From Candidatus Krumholzibacteriia bacterium (GTDB lineage Bacteria > Krumholzibacteriota > Krumholzibacteriia > Krumholzibacteriales > Krumholzibacteriaceae): a stretch of 64,000 nt of DNA. Under the pieces are notes generated by a model that saw only the letters and a program-made list of their open reading frames with translations, was not told the DNA's origin and did not search any database. Below are positions 52,621 through 62,354 of this stretch, one piece after another; position 1 is the first letter of the stretch; the number at the start of each line of letters is the position of its first letter. The stretch lies in the NCBI GenBank assembly GCA_963836185.1, contig CAWIIQ010000001.1, positions 1,792,001 through 1,856,000 of the forward strand, given 5' to 3'. The position numbers and the translations under genes are program-made.

Positions 52621-53619
52621 TTACTGCTTGTCGTTCCCGGGATCGTCATGCATTCCCTGGAGCCATCGCCTGAAGTTGTCCATCCCTTCCCGGGCCGCTC
52701 CCTCGTGAGGCTCATCCTCAGGAGCTTCATTTTCCAGCAGGTCCCCTCTATCCGCCTCTTCGAGCTCGCGCGCCACTGCTTCAAGCTCGTCCTCATCACC
52801 GAGGACCGAACCCTCGATCACAAGCTCATCTTCCTCCGGCACATCAGCCGCCTCTTCCGCCTCATCCTCGTCCTCGTCTTCATCCCCGGCAGAACCGATG
52901 CCCGGTCCGGCCGTATTCTCTATCATGTCGTCGCTGATATCGTCGATCGAGATCGACATCACTTCCTCGTCGAAGGTCTCTTCCACTTCCCTGTCCGAGG
53001 AGTCGATCATCTCCTTGATCTTACCTATCATCTCCGCCGCTTCCCTGTTGTCCGGTTCGGCGTCGATGATCTCATTGTATATCTTGAGGGCCTTGTTGTA
53101 ATAACCCTGAGCCGCGTATATGCCGGCGAGGGTCATAGTGGCCAGATCGGCAGGCTGCTCCGTCTTCCTGACGGTCCCGGCATCGTCGAGGTCTATTTCC
53201 TTCTCATGAAATTCGTCCTCCAGCCCCTTTAGTCTTACGGATACTTCCTCGTTAGTCGGATCTATCGCGAGGATTCTCCTGTAGCAGGATATCGAGGCAT
53301 CCCTGTCGCCTTCAGCCATCAGGATATCTCCCATGAACTTCAGGGCGACCATGTTCTCCGGATCGATCTCTATCACACGCTCGAATTCGGCGCGTGAACG
53401 TTCGGTCGCGCCCTTGTCATAGAAACATTTTCCCAGGATGACATGCGCGCTGGCATAGTCGGGATACCCTTCGAGCCCTTTCTCACAGAGTTCGATCGCT
53501 TTGTCGATCTCTCCGCTCTTGCGATAGGCATCGGCCAGCGGCGCGAAGATCCTCGACTCAGGAGACCTGTCGTACCTCTCCTGCAACTGTCTTGTCTCGG
53601 CGCTCAAATCGTCGTTCAT
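52621..53619 (-). CDS. TPR protein with acidic tail
   Basis: SRIFAPLADAYRK TPRs, TMTLAGIYAAQG motif, D/E-rich region, C-terminal FRRWL. Confidence 0.8.
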   Translation of the reverse strand: MNDDLSAETRQLQERYDRSPESRIFAPLADAYRKSGEIDKAIELCEKGLEGYPDYASAHVILGKCFYDKGATERSRAEFERVIEIDPENMVALKFMGDILMAEGDRDASISCYRRILAIDPTNEEVSVRLKGLEDEFHEKEIDLDDAGTVRKTEQPADLATMTLAGIYAAQGYYNKALKIYNEIIDAEPDNREAAEMIGKIKEMIDSSDREVEETFDEEVMSISIDDISDDMIENTAGPGIGSAGDEDEDEDEAEEAADVPEEDELVIEGSVLGDEDELEAVARELEEADRGDLLENEAPEDEPHEGAAREGMDNFRRWLQGMHDDPGNDKQ

Positions 53620-53653
53620 ATATGCCTTTCCCTCAGGTCTATATACGGCTTTC

Positions 53654-53683
53654 AGGCTATCAGAGGGCGCGTTCCCCTGTCAA
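53654..53683 (-). promoter_or_regulatory. sigma70 promoter for the TPR-efp-accB operon
   Basis: TTGACA-N18-TAGCCT with TG extension. Confidence 0.55.
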
Positions 53684-53697
53684 GTGCAGTAAGTCGT

Positions 53698-54717
53698 TCA
53701 ATTCACCCTGAACGTCTCGGCAACCGCGACTGCCTCCCTGAGCAGGGTGTGCTTGTCGAAACCGGGCGCATAGACCAGGGCATCGATCATCCATATCTTT
53801 CCCCGGACCCTGTCGTGGACAAAGAAACAGATGAACGGCCCTCCATACAGGTCTACACTACTCTCCCAGTAGCCGTCCATCCTGACAGCGGTGTAGGGGC
53901 CGAACTCATCCATACTCCAGGAGACAAGCTCGGGGCGCATCACTTCCTTGTCATGGATACTGAAGACTACCTTCGCGCGCAGATCGTATAGCGCCGTGGA
54001 ATCTGCCACTGTCAGCGACTTGCTGTTCCATGATAACCAGGATATCGTCACACCCCTGTGCGGATAGTCCCTCAGGATCTCCACACCCGGAAGTTTGCCC
54101 CAGTCTCTGTTCAGCCTGTACTCGTCAGGCACCCTGATCGTAAATCCATACTGGGCCTTCAGGTCCGCCGCTGTCTCTACTTTCTCCCTGAGCAGGAGAT
54201 TCTCTCTCAGCCTTTTCCGGTTCGCTTTCTCGATGATGTCCCGGATCAACTGCCCGTTCTCTTCAGTGACCTTTCGAAGCCTGTCGGGAGACGAAGCAGT
54301 GACTATTACGGTAAGCTGCCCCTTGACCGGATAATCGATCCTCTGGAAGACGTGATTCTTCCCCTCGAGGACTTTCCTGACACTGTTTGTCCCGATGAAA
54401 TTCTCGATCAGCTGCCCCGTCCGGCCCTCCCGGACGACGCCGTATATCACCATGTTCTTGGTGGGAGGTTCCTTGTCGAAATCGTACGAGGAGACCATGC
54501 GGAGCCTGAACTGGATCTCCAGTTTCGAATAGTAGTCTACTGGATGCTGCAGGGTCCGGATGATCGGGTCGTTGATGCCCCCCGGCTCACCTGACTCGGT
54601 TACCAGGACAATATTGCTGTATGACCCGGGTGGAATAAAAATGCCTCTGTTTCCGCAGGACGGAACCAGCAGCATGATACTTCCCAGAAGGGCCGCAATC
54701 AAGGCTCCGAATCTCAT
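53698..54717 (-). CDS. DUF4837-like lipoprotein
   Basis: Lipobox VPSC, YGFTIRVP, G.WE...YGGPF, YAPGFDK; start ATG 54717 after GGAGG. Confidence 0.75.
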   Translation of the reverse strand: MRFGALIAALLGSIMLLVPSCGNRGIFIPPGSYSNIVLVTESGEPGGINDPIIRTLQHPVDYYSKLEIQFRLRMVSSYDFDKEPPTKNMVIYGVVREGRTGQLIENFIGTNSVRKVLEGKNHVFQRIDYPVKGQLTVIVTASSPDRLRKVTEENGQLIRDIIEKANRKRLRENLLLREKVETAADLKAQYGFTIRVPDEYRLNRDWGKLPGVEILRDYPHRGVTISWLSWNSKSLTVADSTALYDLRAKVVFSIHDKEVMRPELVSWSMDEFGPYTAVRMDGYWESSVDLYGGPFICFFVHDRVRGKIWMIDALVYAPGFDKHTLLREAVAVAETFRVN

Positions 54718-54762
54718 ATCCACCTCCTGCGTAGAAACATACGGGCAACCGCCGAAACGGGC

Positions 54763-54794
54763 AAGAAAAAAGGCGCTCCCCGCCGGGAGCGCCT
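54763..54794 (-). terminator. intrinsic terminator after anti-sigma gene
   Basis: AGGCGCTCCC-cgcc-GGGAGCGCCT with U-tract on minus strand. Confidence 0.8.
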
Positions 54795-54822
54795 GCCGGA
54801 GCTCTTATCAACGACTTTACCG

Positions 54823-55497
54823 CTACTTTTTTCTGCTGCGGTCGATCGCACGCTGCTTCATCAGGATCTTCTGCATATAGGCGTTCTGCAACCTCAGAGT
54901 CTCTACCTTCCGCCTGAGGAGTTCGTTCTCGCGGAGCAGATAATCCATCCTCGGGTCCGAGGCCATACTGAACGGGAGCTGCCTCGAATTTCCCTCGAGC
55001 TGAACGTCTCCGAGATAATCATCGGATACGTACTGGATCCCCGCGGGGTATCCTGTCTGCGTGAATCGCACCTCTCCCCGCTGCTGCTGCGCACTCGTCC
55101 TCACAGTCTCCTGTGCGAGCCTTTCCCCGGCTTCCAGGTCAACTGAATCCCTCCCGACCAGCATCCACGCGCCGGCAAGAGCGATGACAAGCGTAGCGGC
55201 AGCGGCGGCAACGAACTTCGATCCCCATATCAATCCGCCGACATCTGAAACGCCCCTGCTGCGCATCGCCTTCGATTTTTCCATCGCGATCCTGCGCTTG
55301 AGGTTCCACTCGAAGTTCTCGGAGACCTCGATCTCGCCCAGATCCCCGAGCATCTCGAGGCATCCGTCCATCTCTCCGCAGAATCCGGCGCATTCGGGAC
55401 ACTGGCTCAGGTGCTCCTGGAGACGCATCCTTTCGGACTCATCGAGAGTGCCGTCACGGTTTCGACAGAAGTAATCCTTTGCTGTTCTGCATTTCAT
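54823..55497 (-). CDS. zf-HC2 anti-sigma factor
   Basis: MKC...HLSQCPEC (HxxxCxxC), single TM, C-terminal coiled coil; directly follows the ECF sigma. Confidence 0.85.
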   Translation of the reverse strand: MKCRTAKDYFCRNRDGTLDESERMRLQEHLSQCPECAGFCGEMDGCLEMLGDLGEIEVSENFEWNLKRRIAMEKSKAMRSRGVSDVGGLIWGSKFVAAAAATLVIALAGAWMLVGRDSVDLEAGERLAQETVRTSAQQQRGEVRFTQTGYPAGIQYVSDDYLGDVQLEGNSRQLPFSMASDPRMDYLLRENELLRRKVETLRLQNAYMQKILMKQRAIDRSRKK

Positions 55498-55498
55498 G

Positions 55499-56170
55499 TC
55501 AATTCCCCTTGAATCTCAAATCGTTACCCAGAAGGGGTGAAACCGCCTTCTTGAAGTGCATCCTTCCACGATTGATCCGCGACCTGACGGTCCCGAGCTT
55601 CAGTCCCGTCGTCGCCGCTATCTCCTCGTAACTCAGCCCGTTGATCTCTCTGAGCACGAATGACGGGCGGTACTTGGAAGGTATCTTCTCTATGGCCTGC
55701 TGGATCAGCTCCTGCAATCTTGTCTGGTCCATCGTCTCCTCCGGGTTGGGCGAGTCGTCCTTGAGATCGACCCACCTTCCGTCCTCCCCGCCACTGTCTT
55801 CAGTCCACATGCTGATCGTCTTCGGCCTTCTCTTAATATTCCTTATCCTGTTCCTGACGAGGTTTGTCGCTATAGTGTAGAGCCATGTCGAGAACCTCGC
55901 GATCGTCTTGTACTTGTCGGCGTGCATATACGCCCTGACAAAAGTCTCCTGTGCGAACTCCTCCGCCTCACTCTCGTTGCCGAGCAATCTGAACAGGTAC
56001 GAGTAAAGACGGTTCTTGTACCTTCCGACGAGGATGTCGAACGCCTGGTTCTGGCCCTCCTGGACCATCAGGATCAATTCCTCATCGGTTCTCTCGGAGA
56101 ACCCTTTACGATTCCCTCTAAGCGGCTCTTGCAGGTTCAAACCCTCGTCTCCCTTTTCCTTGTCCTTCAT
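55499..56170 (-). CDS. ECF sigma-70 factor
   Basis: DEELI, AEEFAQETF, FSTWLYTIATN, LSYEEIA, GTVRSRINRGR. Confidence 0.93.
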   Translation of the reverse strand: MKDKEKGDEGLNLQEPLRGNRKGFSERTDEELILMVQEGQNQAFDILVGRYKNRLYSYLFRLLGNESEAEEFAQETFVRAYMHADKYKTIARFSTWLYTIATNLVRNRIRNIKRRPKTISMWTEDSGGEDGRWVDLKDDSPNPEETMDQTRLQELIQQAIEKIPSKYRPSFVLREINGLSYEEIAATTGLKLGTVRSRINRGRMHFKKAVSPLLGNDLRFKGN

Positions 56171-56176
56171 CGTCTA

Positions 56177-56202
56177 TTACCCCGTTGAGCCGGACTTGTT
56201 CC
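56177..56202 (-). promoter_or_regulatory. candidate autoregulatory ECF promoter
   Basis: GGAAC-N17-GTAA immediately upstream of the sigma start. Confidence 0.35.
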
Positions 56203-56205
56203 AAT

Positions 56206-56956
56206 TCAGTCCGTTTTTTTTTCGACAGACTCTACAGTCACCGACAGCCTCTCACTGCCGCCGACACTCTCACAGACTATCTTTTCAGGATAGCCTCCAG
56301 TCCCGCCGCCAGACCCATACCCGTATCTTGCTTCGTAACAGCCTTTTCCGTCAATGGTGCATATCCTCAGTTTTACAGGGCCTTTGCCATCCTCTCCCTC
56401 GATCTGAAGCTTTCGCTCCCTCCATTCACCGGAGAGCTTCCATCCCCCGCCGGAAGCGGTAAAAACCGGATCTTTCAGGTCCTTGATAAAAGGGGCCTCG
56501 AGAAGCATGAAAACGAGGATATCCTTCGGCATCACCTCGAACTCGAAATGATCTTCCAGGTGGACAAGAGTCTCTTTCGTTCCCCGGAACGTACCACGCT
56601 CGTTATCCTGGATCGCGATCGAATCTCCGGAGATGAAGATCGACGCGTCCTCCCTGTACGAACCGAAGAGGCTCGAGTGAAGAAAATCGATCTGCGCCGA
56701 ACCATCAGGCGAGCGGTAGATGGCGCATGTTCCCTTTATCCTGTACTTCGGAAGATCAAGTCTGAGACGCGTCGATTATCTCGATCCGGCAGTCATCCAT
56801 CGATGCCTGGGGAGGAAAAAGGGATGCTAGCGTTCCGTCATCTGAAGGGATGGCCTCGCCGGGAGGCGGAGCGTCCGCGCAGGAGGCCGCGATCAGAAGG
56901 ACAAGGAGGATTCCGAGGGCCCTATTCAATTTTCTTCTCCGCCCTGGACGCGGCAC
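56206..56956 (-). CDS. LolB/DUF4292-like lipoprotein (indel near 56775)
   Basis: Lipobox AASC; second frame RLRLDLPKYRIKG..QIDFLHSSLFG..joins the 56206..56535 ORF. Confidence 0.55.
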
Positions 56957-58667
56957 CGCGGGCCTGAAGCACCTTCGCCTCGATCTCGGGACGATCCGGA
57001 TCGATCTCAGCCGAGCGATGATACGACTCGAGGGCCAGTTCGGGCTGACCGAGTTTCATGTACGCATCGCCTATATGCTCCCATATCACCGGGTCGTCAG
57101 TCACGATCTCCGAGGCGCTCAGCAAAATTTCCAGCGCGCCGGAAAACTCTTCCTTCTTGAACTTCACCCAGCCGAGCGAGTCGAGGTAGTACCCGTTCGC
57201 GGGATCCATTTCGAGCGCTTTCCTGACAAGCTCCTCTGCCAGATCAAGACTGTCGCCCTTTACGGCAAGGATATATCCTTAAAAATTGTTTATACTCGGG
57301 TCTTCCGGTTCGTTCCTGTATACGATCCTGATCCGCTGTATCGCTTCGTCATACCTGCCCTGCTCCTCGTAGAGCGCGGCAAGTTCGAGAAGGACGCCTC
57401 TTTCCTGCGGCGACAGTTCTTCCGCGGCCAGGAGGAACTGCTCGGCTCTCTCGTTGTCATCTATCTTTCTGTAGACTGTGCCTACTATAAAATTGTCTGA
57501 ATACTGGGTCCGGTCCATCCGCCTGACGGCTTCCCTGAGATACATCGATCCCTCGACACTGGAGAACCTCTTGTCCTCCTCAGGGCTGGACGGTTCACCC
57601 GCGAGTCCGTTTGCCAGAAGGACCATGCCGATGTAATTGCTGAACATGTCGGGCTCGATCTCGATGAGTCTGTCTAGATACTCGAACGCGGTCCTGAAGT
57701 TACCCCTGTCCATCTCGATCTCGGCGATGGCTCTCATTATCTGCGGCTTCTCTCCGGCAGTGGCGAGAAGTCCACGGAACACGACCAGCGCGTCTTCGTA
57801 CCTGCCGAGCCCGAAGTAGAAACGCCCGAGTGTGAATTTGCCGCTCTCACCCAGCTTGCGCTCCTGATACAGAGGCTCGAGCAGGACCACGCCATCTTCC
57901 AGCCTGCCGCTGTCCAGGTAGAGCCTTGTCAACTCCGCCACCGCGGTCCGGTTGCCGGGATCGAGTTCGACAACAGTTTCGAAAGCCTTTGCCCCTCCCT
58001 CGATATCTCCATAATGCAGCAGTATCGATCCGAGTGCGAGATACGATCCGGCGAAATCCGGATTCACCGCTATAGCCTTCTTCAGGGACTCGACGGCTTT
58101 TTCCCCATCCCCGCTGTCGGCATAGATGAGGCCGAGCCTGTAGTGGACAAACAGATCGCCCGGATCCAGTTCGCGGGCCCGTTCGAGGGCATCGCGAGCC
58201 GAGTCAAGATCCTCCATCTCGAGGTATATTCTCGCGAGAAACTTGTATACCTCGAACCGGGGCACATCTTCGCTCTCCCTGACGCTATCTAGAAGTTCTA
58301 TCGCCTTTTCCCTGTTATTTTCCTCATATTCGACCTCTGCGAGGATCAGCCGGGCACTCGATCCGTATATCTCCTTTTTGATCAGCCGCTCGGCATGCTT
58401 GCGCGTTTCGTCGAACTTGCCCATCTCGAGGGTCACCCTTGCGAGGGCATAGTCGATAGCCGCGTTGTCCGGTTCGTACTTTGCGGCATATGTGTAATAA
58501 GTGTAGGCAAGTACCAGATCGTTACCAGCCTCCATGAAGGAGCCGCGCATATAATAGGCCTGAGCGGTCCTGTTAACAGCTTCCTGCGCCTTTCCCGGGC
58601 AGGGGATCAGGCAGGCAGCAGCAGCCGCTGTGAGCAGCAGTTTTCCGTATCTCGTTGTTAGTCTCAT
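56922..58667 (-). CDS. periplasmic multi-TPR protein (in-frame TAA at 57279-57281, probably an error)
   Basis: Signal peptide from ATG 58667; TPRs; SINNF*GYILA...KALEMDPANGYYLDSLGWV continues in the same frame. Confidence 0.85.
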
Positions 58668-58674
58668 ACTTCTT

Positions 58675-58703
58675 ATTATACCTGACCCGGCGCCTGCGGG
58701 CAA
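58675..58703 (-). promoter_or_regulatory. sigma70 promoter, leaderless TPR mRNA
   Basis: TTGCCC-N17-TATAAT, 7 nt to ATG 58667. Confidence 0.6.
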
Positions 58704-58746
58704 AAACAAACGGTACTCCGGCATTGAGCGGAGTGTGGGGAGTTCG

Positions 58747-58775
58747 TTGACATCAAGCGGCGTATCTCCTATACT
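58747..58775 (+). promoter_or_regulatory. near-consensus sigma70 promoter
   Basis: TTGACA-N17-TATACT. Confidence 0.75.
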
Positions 58776-58819
58776 TCAAATGCTGTACAATACGGTTTAG
58801 GCAGCCCCTGAAAGGAAGA

Positions 58820-60157
58820 ATGGTCATGCTCGACATAAAAAAGATCCTGGCCCCGACATCGCTGCTTCTGCTTCTTCTGGCCCTCCCTGCCGGCGCCGGG
58901 GCTCAGACGATGGGTGTTCTCACGCTGGAGAGACTATCCACTCTTGACACCTGGGGAACGGGAGCCAAGGCATGGGGAATGGGTGGCGCGTACACCTCGA
59001 TCAGCGATGACGCGCTTGGACTGATCTATAACCCGGCAGGTATCGCCAGGGCCAACGGCAAGGAGATCTCCTTCGGCCTGCACCAGCTGTGGCAGGATAT
59101 CGATGAGAATTACGACGGGACGCAGGCGAGCACCCAGGGATCATATACCGCCTTCGGTCATATCGCCGCGCTCTTCCCTTATGAGACATACACCACCGAC
59201 CTCAAGTTCGGCTTCGGTGTATTCAGAGTCGGCTCTTCCAATCTCGAGTATGTCAAGGATGCACCGAGGACCGACCTGTCCGGCGAAGTGAGGAACGTCT
59301 TCCTCCAGACAGGAAGCATATACCACTACAAGTTTGCCGTAGCGGGAAACATCACCAGAAACATCGCAGTCGGCGGAACCTTCGTAATATGGGATGAATC
59401 CCCCGGCTTTACCGAGGAGATCTCATACTCCGGCCCGGGAGATTCCTCATACGTCTTCACCGACGATGTAACAGCCGATCTCGACGGAGTAAGCTTCGAA
59501 TTCGGCATAATCGCCAGGATGAGCAATTTCTTCCATGCCGGTTTTGTATTCACGACACCCACATGGATAACCTACCAGGGATCAGGCTCGGAATATTATG
59601 ACGGCACCTATGAAGATGGATCGGGATGGACGACAGATCCCTACCCCTTCTACGGAGAGGAAAAATACACCCTGCCGATGAATTTCCGCTTCGGCACATC
59701 GTTGCAGGCAGAGAACCTGGTCGTCGCCCTCGACATCTCTTACGCCGATTACAGGCAGACAGAATATAACGGACAGCAGATGTACTATGAGAATGATCCC
59801 ACGATCGACGTCATGAAACAGGTCTGGTCATACAGGGCCGGGGCAGAGTTGACGATCCCGTCGACGGCGCTTTCCTTCAGAGCGGGCTACATGTATCTGC
59901 CCATACCGTTCAGGGGAATAGACGAGCTCACGTACGTCGAGGAACAGGGGAACGAATTCTGGCTCACTACCGAGTGGGATTTCGTGACGATCAGCGAAGA
60001 AAGACATTACTACACGGCGGGAATCGGATACGTCTTTGACGGTGTCCTTGCGGTCGATCTGGCAATATCGCAAGGCAGCTTCGAGAGGTCTACCGAATGG
60101 TTGACAGAAACGAGATCCGAGACCGAATTCGTCGCGTCCGCAGCGTACAGGTTCTGA
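58820..60157 (+). CDS. FadL/OmpP1-like outer membrane beta-barrel
   Basis: Signal peptide, GAKAWGMGGA..SDD....YNPAG, C-terminal YRF. Confidence 0.8.
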   Translation: MVMLDIKKILAPTSLLLLLLALPAGAGAQTMGVLTLERLSTLDTWGTGAKAWGMGGAYTSISDDALGLIYNPAGIARANGKEISFGLHQLWQDIDENYDGTQASTQGSYTAFGHIAALFPYETYTTDLKFGFGVFRVGSSNLEYVKDAPRTDLSGEVRNVFLQTGSIYHYKFAVAGNITRNIAVGGTFVIWDESPGFTEEISYSGPGDSSYVFTDDVTADLDGVSFEFGIIARMSNFFHAGFVFTTPTWITYQGSGSEYYDGTYEDGSGWTTDPYPFYGEEKYTLPMNFRFGTSLQAENLVVALDISYADYRQTEYNGQQMYYENDPTIDVMKQVWSYRAGAELTIPSTALSFRAGYMYLPIPFRGIDELTYVEEQGNEFWLTTEWDFVTISEERHYYTAGIGYVFDGVLAVDLAISQGSFERSTEWLTETRSETEFVASAAYRF

Positions 60158-60175
60158 TCAGCTCGAAGATCATGA

Positions 60176-61081
60176 CTATTCGAGGGACGGCTCCGGCCGT
60201 CCCTTTTTGTTATTACCCCCGCTGTGAAGCATGCCGCAGAATTCCTCGAGAACGCGGATAAACCTCGGACCCGGCACCGCTGCATACCGCCCGGTCATCA
60301 CTCGCAGCTTTCCGCCGGTGACCGCTTCCAGCATATCGAATGATTCCCAGTCAGCGATGATCGAATGAGCATCCAGCCCTCTTTCTTCTGCTCCAGGGAC
60401 GACCTCGATTATCATGTCGGGCTGCAGGTAGGCCAGAGATTCCGGAGACAGCATTGGATATGCCGGGGCCGATTCTTTCAGCACGTTCACACCTCCCGCC
60501 GCTCGAAGAAGCTCGTCGTACCACGTACCCGCTGCAGCGGCATAGACCTCTTCCGGGAGCGTACCGTACTGCCGGTCGACGACGATCAGGACACGAGGCT
60601 TTACACCGTTCTCAACGGCGGGGCAGGCTGAGTCGACCGCGGATTCGAGCGAGTCGGCAAGCGAGGCGCCCCTTTCGCTCACCCCGCACCTGTCGCCTAT
60701 CACCCTTATCGTCCCGATGATCTCCGAAACAGTCTCATTTGGAACGATCAGATGCTCAATATCGAGTTCTTCGAGAAAGGAGAGCAACCGCTGATGCGCA
60801 GGAAGCATTATCACCAGGTCCGGCTGTAGAGATACGATCGCCTCGATATTTGGATCGAAGTAACCGCCGACCTCAGGTTTACCTTCTGCTTCCGGCGGCC
60901 AAACGCAGAATCTCGTCACGCCGGCGACTTCGTCTCCCAGTCCCAGTGCGTAGAGTGTCTCGGTGATGTTCGGTGCGAGGGATATTATCCTTTTATATTC
61001 TCCCGCATCGGAACACGCCGTCAGCGTTACAGTAACAGCGAGGAACAGAAGGAGAGAGAATGCAGCCTGTCCTGTCTTCAT
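60176..61081 (-). CDS. BtuF-like helical-backbone metal/cobalamin-binding lipoprotein
   Basis: Lipobox LTAC, RIISLAPNITETLYALG, GVTRFC, PNIEAIVSLQPDLV, PGPR. Confidence 0.88.
   Translation of the reverse strand: MKTGQAAFSLLLFLAVTVTLTACSDAGEYKRIISLAPNITETLYALGLGDEVAGVTRFCVWPPEAEGKPEVGGYFDPNIEAIVSLQPDLVIMLPAHQRLLSFLEELDIEHLIVPNETVSEIIGTIRVIGDRCGVSERGASLADSLESAVDSACPAVENGVKPRVLIVVDRQYGTLPEEVYAAAAGTWYDELLRAAGGVNVLKESAPAYPMLSPESLAYLQPDMIIEVVPGAEERGLDAHSIIADWESFDMLEAVTGGKLRVMTGRYAAVPGPRFIRVLEEFCGMLHSGGNNKKGRPEPSLE
60183..60208 (+). terminator. intrinsic terminator for the OMP gene (inside the 3' end of the convergent gene)
   Basis: AGGGACGGC-tccg-GCCGTCCCT-TTTT. Confidence 0.75.
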
Positions 61082-61569
61082 CAGTCTGTCTTGCGGCTGA
61101 TCCCCCTGAGGATGGAAAGGTAGGCGTCGTCCAGCTTCGACAGCATCTCCTCGGATAGCCCCCCTCCAGTCTCCATGACCTGCGTATAGTATTGTTCGAG
61201 GTATCTGCAGAGGTAGACGTTCTGCTGCTCTATCTGGGCGTCGATCAGCTTGACGGCCTCGGCGCGGCTGGCGAGGAAGGCCTCATCCTCCTCCTTGCGC
61301 GATGTGTTGTGAAAGTAGTCGTTGAGGAGCTGCAGCCAGTATGTATCGTGCTTCCCTCCGTTGTCAAAAACGCATCCCGTCTCATCTATCAGGAAGCAGT
61401 ATCCGTACACAAAATATGAGCAGTTGAGCATCCCCTGAAGGAAGAGGCGCCTGTGACAATCGATCGTCATCTCGTCGAGGTTACATGGAAGCGCGCATTC
61501 CTCGCAGAAGGCTTCGGCGTCACCGCCGAATGTGAAAGGAAGTTTCGTCCCCTTTGAACCGTCTCCCAT
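61081..61569 (-). CDS. Cys-rich hypothetical protein
   Basis: Start ATG 61569 after GAGG; CEECALPC..C..C..C..C; TGATG overlap with the BtuF-like gene. Confidence 0.7.
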   Translation of the reverse strand: MGDGSKGTKLPFTFGGDAEAFCEECALPCNLDEMTIDCHRRLFLQGMLNCSYFVYGYCFLIDETGCVFDNGGKHDTYWLQLLNDYFHNTSRKEEDEAFLASRAEAVKLIDAQIEQQNVYLCRYLEQYYTQVMETGGGLSEEMLSKLDDAYLSILRGISRKTD

Positions 61570-61582
61570 CTTTGCCTCTTTC

Positions 61583-62338
61583 CTAGTGGGTCCGCCTGAG
61601 TTTTTTGAGAGCCTCCTTGGCTGCCATCTGCTCGGCGTCCTTCTTGCTCTTCCCCCTGCCCTTTCCAGTGGCTCCATGCCCGGCCCTGACCTCTACGATG
61701 AAGATCTTGTCGTGTTCCGGTCCTGTCGTCGATCTGATCCTGTACTTGGGATATGTCTTGTACTTGCTCTGGGTCCATTCCTGCAGGTGGCTCTTGTAAT
61801 TGACGTGGTCCGTATGCTCGAAGATCACATCGACATCGTCCAGCACGATCTTTTCCACCATGGTCCGGGCCGGTTCGAGACCGCCATCGAGGTAGATACC
61901 CCCGATTATCGCCTCGAGCACGGCTGTCTGGATAGAATCCTGCCCGTGGACTCCGCCTTTGAAGGCGTTCTCGCTCAGTATCACATGATCTTTAAGATTT
62001 ATCGCTTCCGCCTTCTTCGTGAGGACGGTCTTGCTCACGAGAAGAGATTTCTTCTGTGTCAGCTGCCCTTCGTTCTCTTCCGGGAAGTTCCTGACGAGGA
62101 AATCTGTGGTGACCAGCGCCAGGACCGAGTCGCCGAGGAACTCGAGTCTTTCGTAGGTGATCCCGTCTTCGCCCGGCTTGAGCTCGCCGAGCATCGAACG
62201 ATGGGTCAGAGCTTCGATGATGAGGTTGTTATCGCGAAAGTTGTAGCCGATCTTCTCTTCGAGCAGAGGGATGTGCTCAGGGCCTTCGGTCGCGGCCGCA
62301 CCGAATAATCTCCTGAAAATATCAAGGAACCTGGCCAT
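61583..62338 (-). CDS. rnc: ribonuclease III
   Basis: ALTHRS, ERLEFLGDSVL, EAIIGGIYLDGG, dsRBD GPEH..SKKDAEQ. Confidence 0.96.
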   Translation of the reverse strand: MARFLDIFRRLFGAAATEGPEHIPLLEEKIGYNFRDNNLIIEALTHRSMLGELKPGEDGITYERLEFLGDSVLALVTTDFLVRNFPEENEGQLTQKKSLLVSKTVLTKKAEAINLKDHVILSENAFKGGVHGQDSIQTAVLEAIIGGIYLDGGLEPARTMVEKIVLDDVDVIFEHTDHVNYKSHLQEWTQSKYKTYPKYRIRSTTGPEHDKIFIVEVRAGHGATGKGRGKSKKDAEQMAAKEALKKLRRTH

Positions 62339-62354
62339 ATGTCCTGATTGCTCT

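Noticed and set aside
56185-56967. 260-aa plus-strand ORF
   Set aside because: Antisense to the frameshifted lipoprotein gene; TTG start and no recognisable features
57279-57281. Stop-codon reassignment (TAA in the TPR gene)
   Set aside because: TTT-TTA-GGA (FLG) vs the observed TTT-TAA-GGA is a homopolymer boundary error; TAA terminates many genes here
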